Source: a virus
Strand: one strand, 5' to 3'
IMG/VR virus record: IMGVR_UViG_3300016472_000940
Span: 1 to 64,000 of that record
DNA: 64,000 nt
Positions 55,897 to 64,000 of this stretch are shown piece by piece. Under the pieces are notes generated by a model. The model was not told the DNA's origin. It searched no databases and saw nothing but the letters and a program-made list of their open reading frames with translations. The first letter of the stretch is position 1; every line of letters starts with the position of its first letter. A program made the translations under genes and the position numbers.

Positions 55897-57327
55897 TTAT
55901 TCGATTGAGAGTACAAATGGGGTGACCAGAGAAAATATAGATCTTTGGAAAGTACGTCCTTCTATCGTACCAGTAGCTTGTTTTATTGTAAAATCACTGC
56001 CAACTCTAAAATCACCGCTTTCATTTGTTGCGGTAAAGAACACTACACCGTTGTCGTCAAAAACAGCTTCATTTTCACGAATTGTTTGACCGCCTAATGT
56101 TGGAAGGGACCGTGAAAGAGTGGTCCCTGAACCTACATATTCAAACGTTATAGCACTAGCTAAAATATTACTGCGTATATAAAAGTCTACTTTACTCCCT
56201 GCTGGTATAATGCTGTTAAATGTCGTTGGCTCCTCAATAACAAGCGTAAATGTCTCACTACCGAGTTGACCGGCCGAAGCCAGTACATAAAAAGTTGAGG
56301 GGTCAGTTTCAAATGAACATATTAAATTTTGCCCTGGTGTCGAAGCAAGTGCAGTTGGTGTTACACCGTTTACAATAACTTGATTTTGCCCTGGTGAAAT
56401 TTGATTAGTTGTGGCACCTGAAAGAATTGGATAAGGTGATTTTCCATATGCAGCTAGACCGTAATTACCAAATGAGCAGTTAGAAGTATTAATGTCACAC
56501 CCACCGCCTGCGCTAACTAGAACACCATATGTACAGGCAATAGTAAAGGTACTAACTAGCTGTGCATAACCATTATTAATAATATTAATACCTATGCCAC
56601 CTTCGTTAAATTGTGTGTATGAATCCATGACCATACTTCTCAAATACCCTCTTACTAATTTTCCGTCTATTCTCATACCGCAGCCTGCGTTATCTGCACC
56701 AGGTGTTGTTGATTGGGTAATAGAACTACAACCTTGTATATATGGACTGGTTGTAATAAAAGGTTTTAAAGCAGGTTTTTGAGCAGAAAGCCCAGGATAA
56801 TTAAAGGCAATTTGATATGGATCAATGGGTATTTGATTTGTGTCTATATTTGGAAAAGCCACCGCAGCAGAGGGGGCTAAATGATTTCTAAAAGTGAACC
56901 CCCAGACATAAGTTGCGTTTGATACCCAGAGTATATCATAATATCTATTTGCCGGGTATATATTAGTTCGTCTCAAATTGTCACCAATTAAGGTTGTATT
57001 AGGCGGGACATAAATAGGATTTTGCTCAATATAATTTCCTGACCTTACAAAGATGGTATAATTTCTACCTGGGTTAAATGAGGCAAACGAACAAGCTTTT
57101 TTAATAGTTTTAAATGGTTCGTCTTCACCAATACCTCTAAAATTGGTATCACTACCGCTTGTCGTAACATATAAAACGTTTGGTGTTGTTGTTAAACCAC
57201 CAGTAATAATTTTTGAGAGTGTATAGAAATTTACTTTAAATTCACCTTGCAGAGGTCTAAAACCGACAATATAGTCGGATGCAATAGGAGAAATTTCACT
57301 AAAATCCGCAAACGAACGATAAGGCAT
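55897..57327 (-). CDS. Beta-helix (pectin-lyase-like) virion protein
   Basis: VLYV...GSD.N.G....PFKTIK.A, G.Y.E.NPI, GDNLR, SPY.Q.C. Confidence 0.8.
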   Translation of the reverse strand: MPYRSFADFSEISPIASDYIVGFRPLQGEFKVNFYTLSKIITGGLTTTPNVLYVTTSGSDTNFRGIGEDEPFKTIKKACSFASFNPGRNYTIFVRSGNYIEQNPIYVPPNTTLIGDNLRRTNIYPANRYYDILWVSNATYVWGFTFRNHLAPSAAVAFPNIDTNQIPIDPYQIAFNYPGLSAQKPALKPFITTSPYIQGCSSITQSTTPGADNAGCGMRIDGKLVRGYLRSMVMDSYTQFNEGGIGINIINNGYAQLVSTFTIACTYGVLVSAGGGCDINTSNCSFGNYGLAAYGKSPYPILSGATTNQISPGQNQVIVNGVTPTALASTPGQNLICSFETDPSTFYVLASAGQLGSETFTLVIEEPTTFNSIIPAGSKVDFYIRSNILASAITFEYVGSGTTLSRSLPTLGGQTIRENEAVFDDNGVVFFTATNESGDFRVGSDFTIKQATGTIEGRTFQRSIFSLVTPFVLSIE

Positions 57328-57366
57328 AGAATTATTTAGTTCTATGTCGCTGTAATTAGATGCTAA

Positions 57367-57540
57367 TTAACTGTTATTTTCAGTATTTTGCGAATCAACA
57401 GAGACAACATCAACACGGCTAAATACTTTGTCTCCACTGATTAACGTAACCGGGACAAGTGCGGCTTTGTTTTGCTGCAAAATTTCCTCGATTTGCTTCT
57501 TTACTTCAAGAAGCTTGATATCTTTTTCGCTTGTTGACAT
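57367..57540 (-). CDS. Small hypothetical protein (57 aa), not in the ORF track
   Basis: Translated by hand, MSTSEKDIKLLEVKK...; TATAAATC upstream. Confidence 0.6.
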   Translation of the reverse strand: MSTSEKDIKLLEVKKQIEEILQQNKAALVPVTLISGDKVFSRVDVVSVDSQNTENNS

Positions 57541-57570
57541 ATAAGAGATTTATATTTTTTATTACTATAA

Positions 57571-57939
57571 TCAACTATATGCTGAAACTATTTCTATATA
57601 AGTAAACCGTTTTCCGCTCGAAGCTAATCTATAACCAGCTTCGTTTGCATATATTATGTCAATTTTTTGCGGTGAGGAAAAAGAACTTAATTCAAAGTGC
57701 AGTGTATTGTTTGTATTAACGGTAAATTCCTTTACTGGGTAAGCGCTAAAAGGAGGATTGCCTGCACTTACACTTTGAATAAGAGAGTAAAAATCACAAT
57801 ATTGTTGGCTGCCGTCAAATTTATTTGAGCTTAAATACAATCCATTGCCTGTAGAAAAACTAAACATATCACCTTCAAGTACAATTATTTTACCAGGTGT
57901 GTTAGTTTTTATTCGAAAAGATGGTTGTTTTTTGCTCAT
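57571..57939 (-). CDS. Hypothetical structural protein
   Basis: Coupled to gp15; IDII.AN.AGY. Confidence 0.6.
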   Translation of the reverse strand: MSKKQPSFRIKTNTPGKIIVLEGDMFSFSTGNGLYLSSNKFDGSQQYCDFYSLIQSVSAGNPPFSAYPVKEFTVNTNNTLHFELSSFSSPQKIDIIYANEAGYRLASSGKRFTYIEIVSAYS

Positions 57940-58754
57940 ATTTCGGTAAACAATTGTACCCCGGTTATAATTGGTCGTCCGGAAACAGAGAATGTATCGG
58001 TATTATAAAAAGATGATAAAGCAGCAGAATCTGCTGTCACAACTTGTGATTTAAGTACATTATAATTACCGAACTGTAAGCTTGTACCACCACTTACTGC
58101 GGTCATGCTTACATCAATACGGAAAATATTATTAATTGGATTTTGTGGATCGGGAAATAACCACCCTTTAATTGTAAATTTTGTATTTGCTACTATCTGG
58201 GCTTTCTGATTGCCATTCATGTCTTGCGGATACTCTAAATCGATATTACCGCTCCATAAAACTTCTGTACGTATTTCTTGTGTATAAGGCAGATTGAAAT
58301 CTTTTGGAACTGTCCAGCTCAATACTATATAAGGATTATTAAATGGTACAAAATTTGATAAGATTTGATCCATATCGGATTGATACCTGGCAATAACACT
58401 CATATTGACACCTATGTTTACTGGAACAGGTGTCTTATAATGAAAAGTCTTGCTTGAGGGAGACCGATCCTCAACAGAACCGTAAGCAAAAAAACCGGCA
58501 TTCTTATTAAAGACTCTATTATTATCGCGCGAGATATCAGAGATGGTAATACTGACTACAGGTAGAGTAATATTCTGCGCAGCATTAACGAGATCAAATA
58601 ATACCCTTTGTTTGGGTGCATAAATGTAGCGAACTTGCTGTGTGGCTTCAGCTACTCTGTTTCTATTATATCGCTTTATAACTACATTGTCAAAAGCAGC
58701 CAGAAACTGTAGTATGAGGTCTTTGACCTCAAAGTAATAGGTATACGCTCTCAC
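57936..58754 (-). CDS. gp15: Tail sheath stabiliser/terminator, T4 gp15-like
   Basis: F..AFD...I.R, V..IYAPKQR, TLP, PVPVN, DMDQI..NF.P..NP, FT.KGWLF. Confidence 0.85.
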   Translation of the reverse strand: MRAYTYYFEVKDLILQFLAAFDNVVIKRYNRNRVAEATQQVRYIYAPKQRVLFDLVNAAQNITLPVVSITISDISRDNNRVFNKNAGFFAYGSVEDRSPSSKTFHYKTPVPVNIGVNMSVIARYQSDMDQILSNFVPFNNPYIVLSWTVPKDFNLPYTQEIRTEVLWSGNIDLEYPQDMNGNQKAQIVANTKFTIKGWLFPDPQNPINNIFRIDVSMTAVSGGTSLQFGNYNVLKSQVVTADSAALSSFYNTDTFSVSGRPIITGVQLFTEI

Positions 58755-58789
58755 GGTTTATTATTTATGAATAAACCTTTATCGTAAAA

Positions 58790-58993
58790 TTAATAATACT
58801 TCCACTTTTGTGCAGATATCTGCTTTGATAACTTCCGTCTAACCGAAGGTTTCATATAGTTACGTAATAGCCTTAATTCATCTATTATACCACACCTCTT
58901 TACTGCATTTGAGAATTGTTTTAATTTTTTGTCGAAATATAGCTTGTTTGAGGCTTTTTTTGTATCAAGCTTTACTTCACAGTTAATTTGCAT
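58790..58993 (-). CDS. rpsU: Ribosomal protein bS21 homologue (start MQINCEV)
   Basis: F.K.LK.F...VK..GI.DELR..R.Y.KPS.RRK matches the bS21 core; late-like GTAAATA upstream. Confidence 0.75.
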   Translation of the reverse strand: MQINCEVKLDTKKASNKLYFDKKLKQFSNAVKRCGIIDELRLLRNYMKPSVRRKLSKQISAQKWKYY

Positions 58994-59013
58994 AATGTAT
59001 TTACTATTAAAAA

Positions 59014-59355
59014 TCAATTTTCTACTATAGTTATTTCTGCTTGGCAATTATGAAATTTACCAGTTTTTTTCGGTATGAGCAACTTTGCATAGTTACGAAT
59101 ATCGCTTACATTGTGACAGAATGTTTCTAAAGTATAGTCTAATATAATTTTATTGTCTCTGATTAAAAATGCGTATGGATAAGGTATTTCAAATATTTTT
59201 TTTGTTTGTTGTATATGTAATGTAAAAACAAGATAAAAATCCTTTATACAAAATAGAACCAACTTACCGGCTTTAATAGTTTTACCATTTACAGTAAAGT
59301 AAACCTTTTGCTGCAAAAATTGATTAATAGCTTTTTCTATTTTTTCTGCAATCAT
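59014..59355 (-). CDS. Conserved hypothetical protein
   Basis: K.GKL.LF..KDFY, EIPYP. Confidence 0.65.
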   Translation of the reverse strand: MIAEKIEKAINQFLQQKVYFTVNGKTIKAGKLVLFCIKDFYLVFTLHIQQTKKIFEIPYPYAFLIRDNKIILDYTLETFCHNVSDIRNYAKLLIPKKTGKFHNCQAEITIVEN

Positions 59356-59726
59356 GAGTCCATATACATCATTTTTTGAGATGTGTTTAGTTTCATTAAA
59401 TTTTTCTTAAAATATTCCCAAAAAGAAGCAGCAGGCACTGTTGTGATTAGGTCACAGCTATCACAATTTACACACCTATAATCTTGCATAAAAATATCCC
59501 ACACAATAATAAGATTTTTTTGCATGGGATTATATCGAGGACTTTTTGATGCAGGTTTATAGTTTAAGGTTATCCTACCATCAACTGTATTTAAAATACT
59601 ATTTGCTGTAGTACAGAGCATCCTACGGTACGGTGGTCTCCCCGCTTTAGGTCTCCGGCGGAGAAACTTTATCTCACACGCGCTGTTTTGTAGAACGGCT
59701 CTTAGGTTTGTTATCGATACTAACAT
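59352..59726 (-). CDS. WYL-like/DUF2693 Sm-fold protein
   Basis: L...L....EI.F.R....R.MLCT and VWDI...D.R motifs. Confidence 0.65.
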   Translation of the reverse strand: MLVSITNLRAVLQNSACEIKFLRRRPKAGRPPYRRMLCTTANSILNTVDGRITLNYKPASKSPRYNPMQKNLIIVWDIFMQDYRCVNCDSCDLITTVPAASFWEYFKKNLMKLNTSQKMMYMDS

Positions 59727-60141
59727 TGTTAATTTCTTCTTTGCGGGGCTGCACTACACCAAAGATTCTTTGTTCATTTAAAAAGATTCCATGCTTTACA
59801 GGTCCATGATTAACTACCTCTATGTTAGCAATTGGTACCCCCATATTATTTGGGAAGCACACATGGTCACCCACCTTAACTAAGCGACAACTGGCACCAC
59901 AGAGAATCACCTTACCGATGCGCCAGGCATTAGTCTCCGCATTCACAGGAACTAATATACCATTTCTTACGATAGTATTATTGCTTCCACCTTCATCAAC
60001 AAATTCAACCAATAGAATATCATCTAAAAGATGAGATAGATCATATCCCACAAAAACACTATTCAAGGAATTGCGTGAATGCGAGCTTAGATCGATTAAA
60101 CTTTTTTGTGTCGGTAGTTGATCTACACTTGGCTTACTCAT
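59674..60141 (-). CDS. GroES/Cpn10-like co-chaperonin (gp31-like)
   Basis: D.LLV....G.L.P......G.V...G.....VK.GD.V.F and FLNE.RI.G. Confidence 0.8.
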   Translation of the reverse strand: MSKPSVDQLPTQKSLIDLSSHSRNSLNSVFVGYDLSHLLDDILLVEFVDEGGSNNTIVRNGILVPVNAETNAWRIGKVILCGASCRLVKVGDHVCFPNNMGVPIANIEVVNHGPVKHGIFLNEQRIFGVVQPRKEEINNVSIDNKPKSRSTKQRV

Positions 60142-60171
60142 ACAAGCACTTATCACATAAGCGCTTGGAAA

Positions 60172-60441
60172 TCAAGTTTTTGTAGGTTTCTTAATATAGT
60201 TAATTTTTTGTCTTTTATATCTAGGTAATATTTCTGTCAATAGTTTATATTGCTCTTGGTTTGTAAAGACGTGACCGAACCGATTGACCGTGTCGTTAAC
60301 AATTTTTGCCGCGGAGGGATCTAACATAGAAATCCAGCGATTGACAATAAAGGGTGAATATTCTTTTTCTTTTTCAACATTGTCAAGTATATCTTTTTTC
60401 TTAGAAAAACAAATACCGTCTAATATATCAAATATATTCAA
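60172..60441 (-). CDS. gp62: Clamp loader small subunit, T4 gp62-like
   Basis: FD.L..I...K, Y.PF.VNR..S, N......QY..L...P. Confidence 0.7.
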   Translation of the reverse strand: MNIFDILDGICFSKKKDILDNVEKEKEYSPFIVNRWISMLDPSAAKIVNDTVNRFGHVFTNQEQYKLLTEILPRYKRQKINYIKKPTKT

Positions 60442-61031
60442 TGTGAAATAATCTTTGTTGATGCAATAAAGATGTCATCGTTCATTGCGTAAAAGGAATT
60501 AATAACATCTCCCATAAAATTACGTATATCAAGATCGGACAAATTTGTACTATAAGCAAATGCAGGTGCCTTCTTTCCTGCGACAACGTTAATACCGGTA
60601 TGGCCGAGTGCGGCCGCATCCTTGACATGAACGATGCTAACACTACATTTACCTTTTGTTTGTACAACCCCACCTTGCGTAAACTCTTTATGTACCATAA
60701 GATCATCACCATCAACCTCGATAGGTGCATTAAGATACTTAGAACTTAAGATATTCGCCACAATCGTATTGAATAATCGCTGGTAGGCAATCGCACCAAA
60801 ACTTTCTGTAATCAAAGGTATCTCATATAGGAAATGTATCATATCTTCACTGTAGATAAAATCATTACTAAGTGAATCCTCTTGATCGATTAAACCTGCG
60901 GTCTCAACTTTTGCAGGTGCACGAAAAGCAATTATGTTACCTATAGGGAGACACTTCTTTCGAAAATATTTGTAAGCAAAGCGATTATGTAATATAACAC
61001 CATCATATACCTTAATATCTTCAATGATCAT
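60438..61031 (-). CDS. DUF366 family protein (lipoate/biotin-ligase-like fold)
   Basis: YDG..L...FAY, I.AF..P..V, D.ED, I.S..M.HF..E, QRL, GDDL, K.SVSI, H.GIN. Confidence 0.8.
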   Translation of the reverse strand: MIIEDIKVYDGVILHNRFAYKYFRKKCLPIGNIIAFRAPAKVETAGLIDQEDSLSNDFIYSEDMIHFLYEIPLITESFGAIAYQRLFNTIVANILSSKYLNAPIEVDGDDLMVHKEFTQGGVVQTKGKCSVSIVHVKDAAALGHTGINVVAGKKAPAFAYSTNLSDLDIRNFMGDVINSFYAMNDDIFIASTKIISH

Positions 61032-61050
61032 GAAATGATTATAAAGCTGG

Positions 61051-61239
61051 TTATAAGTAAATCCACGTTATACTAATACCTATTCCAAGTACTGTCACTC
61101 GGAATATTTTACCATAATCATATTCGGAGTAATAGACGCCGGTATCTAGATTTGTTATATAGGGTCCGCATTCGAAACCATCCTCTGTTTTTTTATGAAA
61201 AAGGATTTTTGGAAAAAGGAAATCAATAATCGGTGTCAT
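61051..61239 (-). CDS. Hypothetical protein
   Basis: ORF. Confidence 0.45.
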   Translation of the reverse strand: MTPIIDFLFPKILFHKKTEDGFECGPYITNLDTGVYYSEYDYGKIFRVTVLGIGISITWIYL

Positions 61240-61489
61240 AGGTTATAATTTTGGCGCGCGCGCAAGTTGATAAGGTACTAGTGAATTGATGATTTTCGAA
61301 TCCTGCATAGAAGATAAAATCATTAGATGGTGAAACGCAATTCTGGCACGCAATCAAAAAATTCTTTCCATTTATTTTTTCCATATAAAAAGATTACTTT
61401 CTGAAACCCACAATCTATTATAATGAAAAGGATTAAAAAATCAAGTGGTAAAAGTTATTTGAATCTATATTTTTTATTATAAATAAGGT

Positions 61490-63295
61490 ATGCCCGAATA
61501 CGGAAATTCAGATAGCGGTAGAGAAAGTACCTTTGGCCGCTCACTAATGAATTATGTTAATTCACGCTTACCTTATCAGAGCTATACTGTTATAGATACT
61601 TTAAATAAGCTTAACCCCAAATTTAAGCTGTTTCAAGATACAGGTAGTAAGCGAACTGAAGCGCTAGCTAGGCAGAGCATAAGTTCAAACACAGGGTTTA
61701 ATAATATTGATCCTGCAGGCATTATAGGTCTAGATAATAATTTCACACAGTACATGTATGCTAATATACAGCATGACAAAATCTCTAGGCTTCGCGATTA
61801 TAGAGTCATGGCAGCTTTTGCTGAAGTAGCTGATGCGTTGGATGAAATTTGTGATGAAGCAATCAACAAAGATAGGGATGGTAAAATTGTAAAGGTAAAA
61901 TTCCCTGATTTAGAGATGAAAGCTGAAGACTTGGAGATATTGGAAAAGGAGTTTCAGAAATATATCAATCACTTTGATCTAGAAAATAAAGGATGGGAAT
62001 ATTTCAGAAGTCTTCTAGTGGACGGAGAGCTTTACTTTGAACATGTTGTCCACAAACAATATGAAGACGAAGGTATTCTCGGAACTGTTACTGTTCCAAC
62101 AGAATTTATTGACCCTATTTTCGGTAATGTACAGAATATGATGATAAAGGGGTTTTTACTACGTAAACCTGTATTCGATAAAACAAACCCCTCAAAGATA
62201 TTAGATTATGAACTAATACCGCTGGATAAAAACCAGGTCACATATATTAACTCTGGTATATGGAATGAAAACAAAACAATAAGATTACCCTTTATAGAAA
62301 ATGCAAGACGCGCTTATAGGCAGTTAAGTCTTATTGAGGATGCAGTGGTAATATATAGATTGGCCCGTGCACCGGAAAGACTGGTCTTTAATGTAGATGT
62401 TGGTAATATGCCCCCACCAAAAGCTGAAGCCTACTTAAAGAAGCTAATGAACCAATATTGGTCTTCAAAAACATATGACAAAGATCAAGGTGGTGGTGCA
62501 GTTAAAAAGTTTAACCCTCAATCAATTTTAGACAATTTTTGGTTTGCCAAGCGAGCCGGTAGTGAAGGCACAAAAATTGATAGGCTCGCTGGAGGTGAAA
62601 ATCTCGGCAAGCTTGAAGATCTAGATTATTTTCTTAAGAAACTTTATAAAAGTCTCAAGGTACCAGTATCGAGATTGAATGTTGATGATGCCTATAAAGA
62701 TGATATGAACATTCTTAGAGAGGAATTAAAATTTGCTAAATTTATTGTTAGGATGCAGCAGCAATTTTCAGAGGGACTAAAAAATGGATTTATTACACAC
62801 TTAAAGCTAAGAAAACTCTGGCAAGAGTATGATCTCAAGGAGAATCATATACAAATTGAATTTAATGTGCCGGTGAATTTCTTTGAAATGCGTGAAGCAC
62901 AAAAGCAAGAAATAAAAACAACATCATTTGTTAATATTACTCAATCTGATGCTGTGAGTAAAACCTACGCTCTTAAGAAGTATATGGGATGGTCTGATAT
63001 TGAGCTTCTAGCAAACAGAGAATTTATGAGAAAAGACATAGGCTTCTTGTGGGAACTTGAGCAAATTAAAGCCGGTGGTCCAAATTGGAGAGAAAATTTA
63101 CAAGCCGGTGCACCACCCGCTGCTGGCGGGGAAATGCCTGGTGGCGGTGGCATGGGAGGCGGTACTGCTCCGGGTATTCCGCCTGCATTCGGACCAGCTC
63201 CAACAGGAGGTGCACCAGAGGCCGGTGCACCAGGCCCTGAGGCTGCTGCACCAGGCGGCCCGGTGCCTGCTCCCGGTGGTGAGGTTGTAACTTAA
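61490..63295 (+). CDS. gp20: Portal protein, T4 gp20-like
   Basis: YR.MA...EV..A.DEI, EDA.VIYR..RAPER.VF.VDVGNMP..KAE.Y, L.GG.NLG, LYKSL.VP.SR, REELKF.KFI; late promoter. Confidence 0.97.
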   Translation: MPEYGNSDSGRESTFGRSLMNYVNSRLPYQSYTVIDTLNKLNPKFKLFQDTGSKRTEALARQSISSNTGFNNIDPAGIIGLDNNFTQYMYANIQHDKISRLRDYRVMAAFAEVADALDEICDEAINKDRDGKIVKVKFPDLEMKAEDLEILEKEFQKYINHFDLENKGWEYFRSLLVDGELYFEHVVHKQYEDEGILGTVTVPTEFIDPIFGNVQNMMIKGFLLRKPVFDKTNPSKILDYELIPLDKNQVTYINSGIWNENKTIRLPFIENARRAYRQLSLIEDAVVIYRLARAPERLVFNVDVGNMPPPKAEAYLKKLMNQYWSSKTYDKDQGGGAVKKFNPQSILDNFWFAKRAGSEGTKIDRLAGGENLGKLEDLDYFLKKLYKSLKVPVSRLNVDDAYKDDMNILREELKFAKFIVRMQQQFSEGLKNGFITHLKLRKLWQEYDLKENHIQIEFNVPVNFFEMREAQKQEIKTTSFVNITQSDAVSKTYALKKYMGWSDIELLANREFMRKDIGFLWELEQIKAGGPNWRENLQAGAPPAAGGEMPGGGGMGGGTAPGIPPAFGPAPTGGAPEAGAPGPEAAAPGGPVPAPGGEVVT

Positions 63296-63646
63296 TTAAG
63301 AAGATGGCTGTTCTGGCCAAATTACATCTTTTGGTGTAGCAAAATTCTTTGTAATATCCCTCAATGCCTGTCTATATTGCGCCCACGCCGGTATAATACC
63401 AGCACCAGTATCATACGCTTTTAATATTACCCAATCGGTATCTGCTAGTTTCTGATTTCTCATACCTCTAATAGTATTCCATGTAATGTTATCCAAGCGC
63501 TTATCTACAAACTTTCCATCCTCATAAGTCCAACCCTCCTCAACGTCGGAACCACACTCGCGACACTCTATATGAACGCCATCCGCGCCTGCGAATGGCG
63601 TTTCCCTTATATTGACAACTTCAGATTTATAAATTACAGCGTACAT
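63296..63646 (-). CDS. Tail fibre assembly chaperone-like protein
   Basis: R..RN..L..TDW, W..YRQALRDI, WP..P. Confidence 0.85.
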   Translation of the reverse strand: MYAVIYKSEVVNIRETPFAGADGVHIECRECGSDVEEGWTYEDGKFVDKRLDNITWNTIRGMRNQKLADTDWVILKAYDTGAGIIPAWAQYRQALRDITKNFATPKDVIWPEQPSS

Positions 63647-63649
63647 ATA

Positions 63650-64000
63650 TTAAGAATATTTATATATCACAACAATTCCCGTGGCACCTTCACCGCCAGT
63701 GGTAGGTGCACCTGCAGTTGCTGCGCCTCCCCCGCCAGGTGCTTGGACTCTTGCTGTATTAGTTGTACTTCTTGATTTCTGACCGCCACCCCAAAAAGAT
63801 GCACCCCCATTTGCAGTTCGAACAACTGTATTTGCACCGCCATAGCCACCCCCACCGCCGTTAAGTCGTATTTGACCAACAATACCTGAGCCACCGTCTC
63901 CGCCGTTACCTGTGTTGACTATTGTATTGTTATTTGCAAAACCACCTAGTGCTGATGCATACACTCCAGCCGATGATACGAAAGCAGAAATACCACCATT
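63650..64000 (-). CDS. C-terminal part of a Gly-rich tail fibre protein (continues beyond the window)
   Basis: GGGGG motifs, GGASFWGGG, G..GIVVIY.Y end. Confidence 0.7.
   Translation of the reverse strand, partial: NGGISAFVSSAGVYASALGGFANNNTIVNTGNGGDGGSGIVGQIRLNGGGGGYGGANTVVRTANGGASFWGGGQKSRSTTNTARVQAPGGGGAATAGAPTTGGEGATGIVVIYKYS

Noticed and set aside
35569-57327. Diversity-generating retroelement or invertible fibre segments
   Set aside because: No reverse transcriptase or invertase, and no near-identical nucleotide repeat pair seen; the similarity between fibre genes is old protein-level paralogy.
63090-63295. GC-rich segment at the portal 3' end as an insertion
   Set aside because: It encodes an in-frame Gly/Pro/Ala low-complexity tail, which explains the composition.
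1-64000. Stop-codon reassignment as seen in some large phages
   Set aside because: Core and structural genes are intact in the standard code, TAA, TAG and TGA all end genes, and no suppressor tRNA was seen.

Overview
This is a 64 kb, AT-rich segment of a large T4-like (Tevenvirinae/Kyanoviridae-grade) myophage genome, read with the standard genetic code. All product calls come from motif recognition by eye; no searches were run. 1-18 kb: dense small early genes on the minus strand, most with their own sigma70-type promoter (TTGACN-16/17 nt-TATAAT) whose -10 box lies about 6 nt before the start codon, so the mRNAs are predicted to be leaderless. The first 1.68 kb is a promoter-gene cassette array with no CpG at all. 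17.9-20.6 kb: an ORF-free, promoter-driven, highly paired ~350 nt RNA and six tRNAs, including tRNA-Ile(UAU) with a long variable arm. 18.6-34 kb: late genes (TATAAATA promoters) sharing two classes of N-terminal capsid-targeting-like peptides, two of them on HExxH metallopeptidase-like cargo. This stretch also holds Hsp20, an S26 peptidase, a truncated RadA and a holin-like GAF protein. 35.5-57.3 kb: tail fibre and virion proteins (RCC1, LamG, SPRY, beta-helix). 57.9-64 kb: gp15, a ribosomal protein bS21 homologue, a GroES-like protein, gp62, DUF366 and the portal gp20. The best candidates for undescribed biology are (1) the structured RNA at 17878-18227, (2) window-wide leaderless gene architecture paired with a phage bS21, (3) the dual-signal packaged-cargo set, and (4) the CpG-free cassette array next to convergent promoters.
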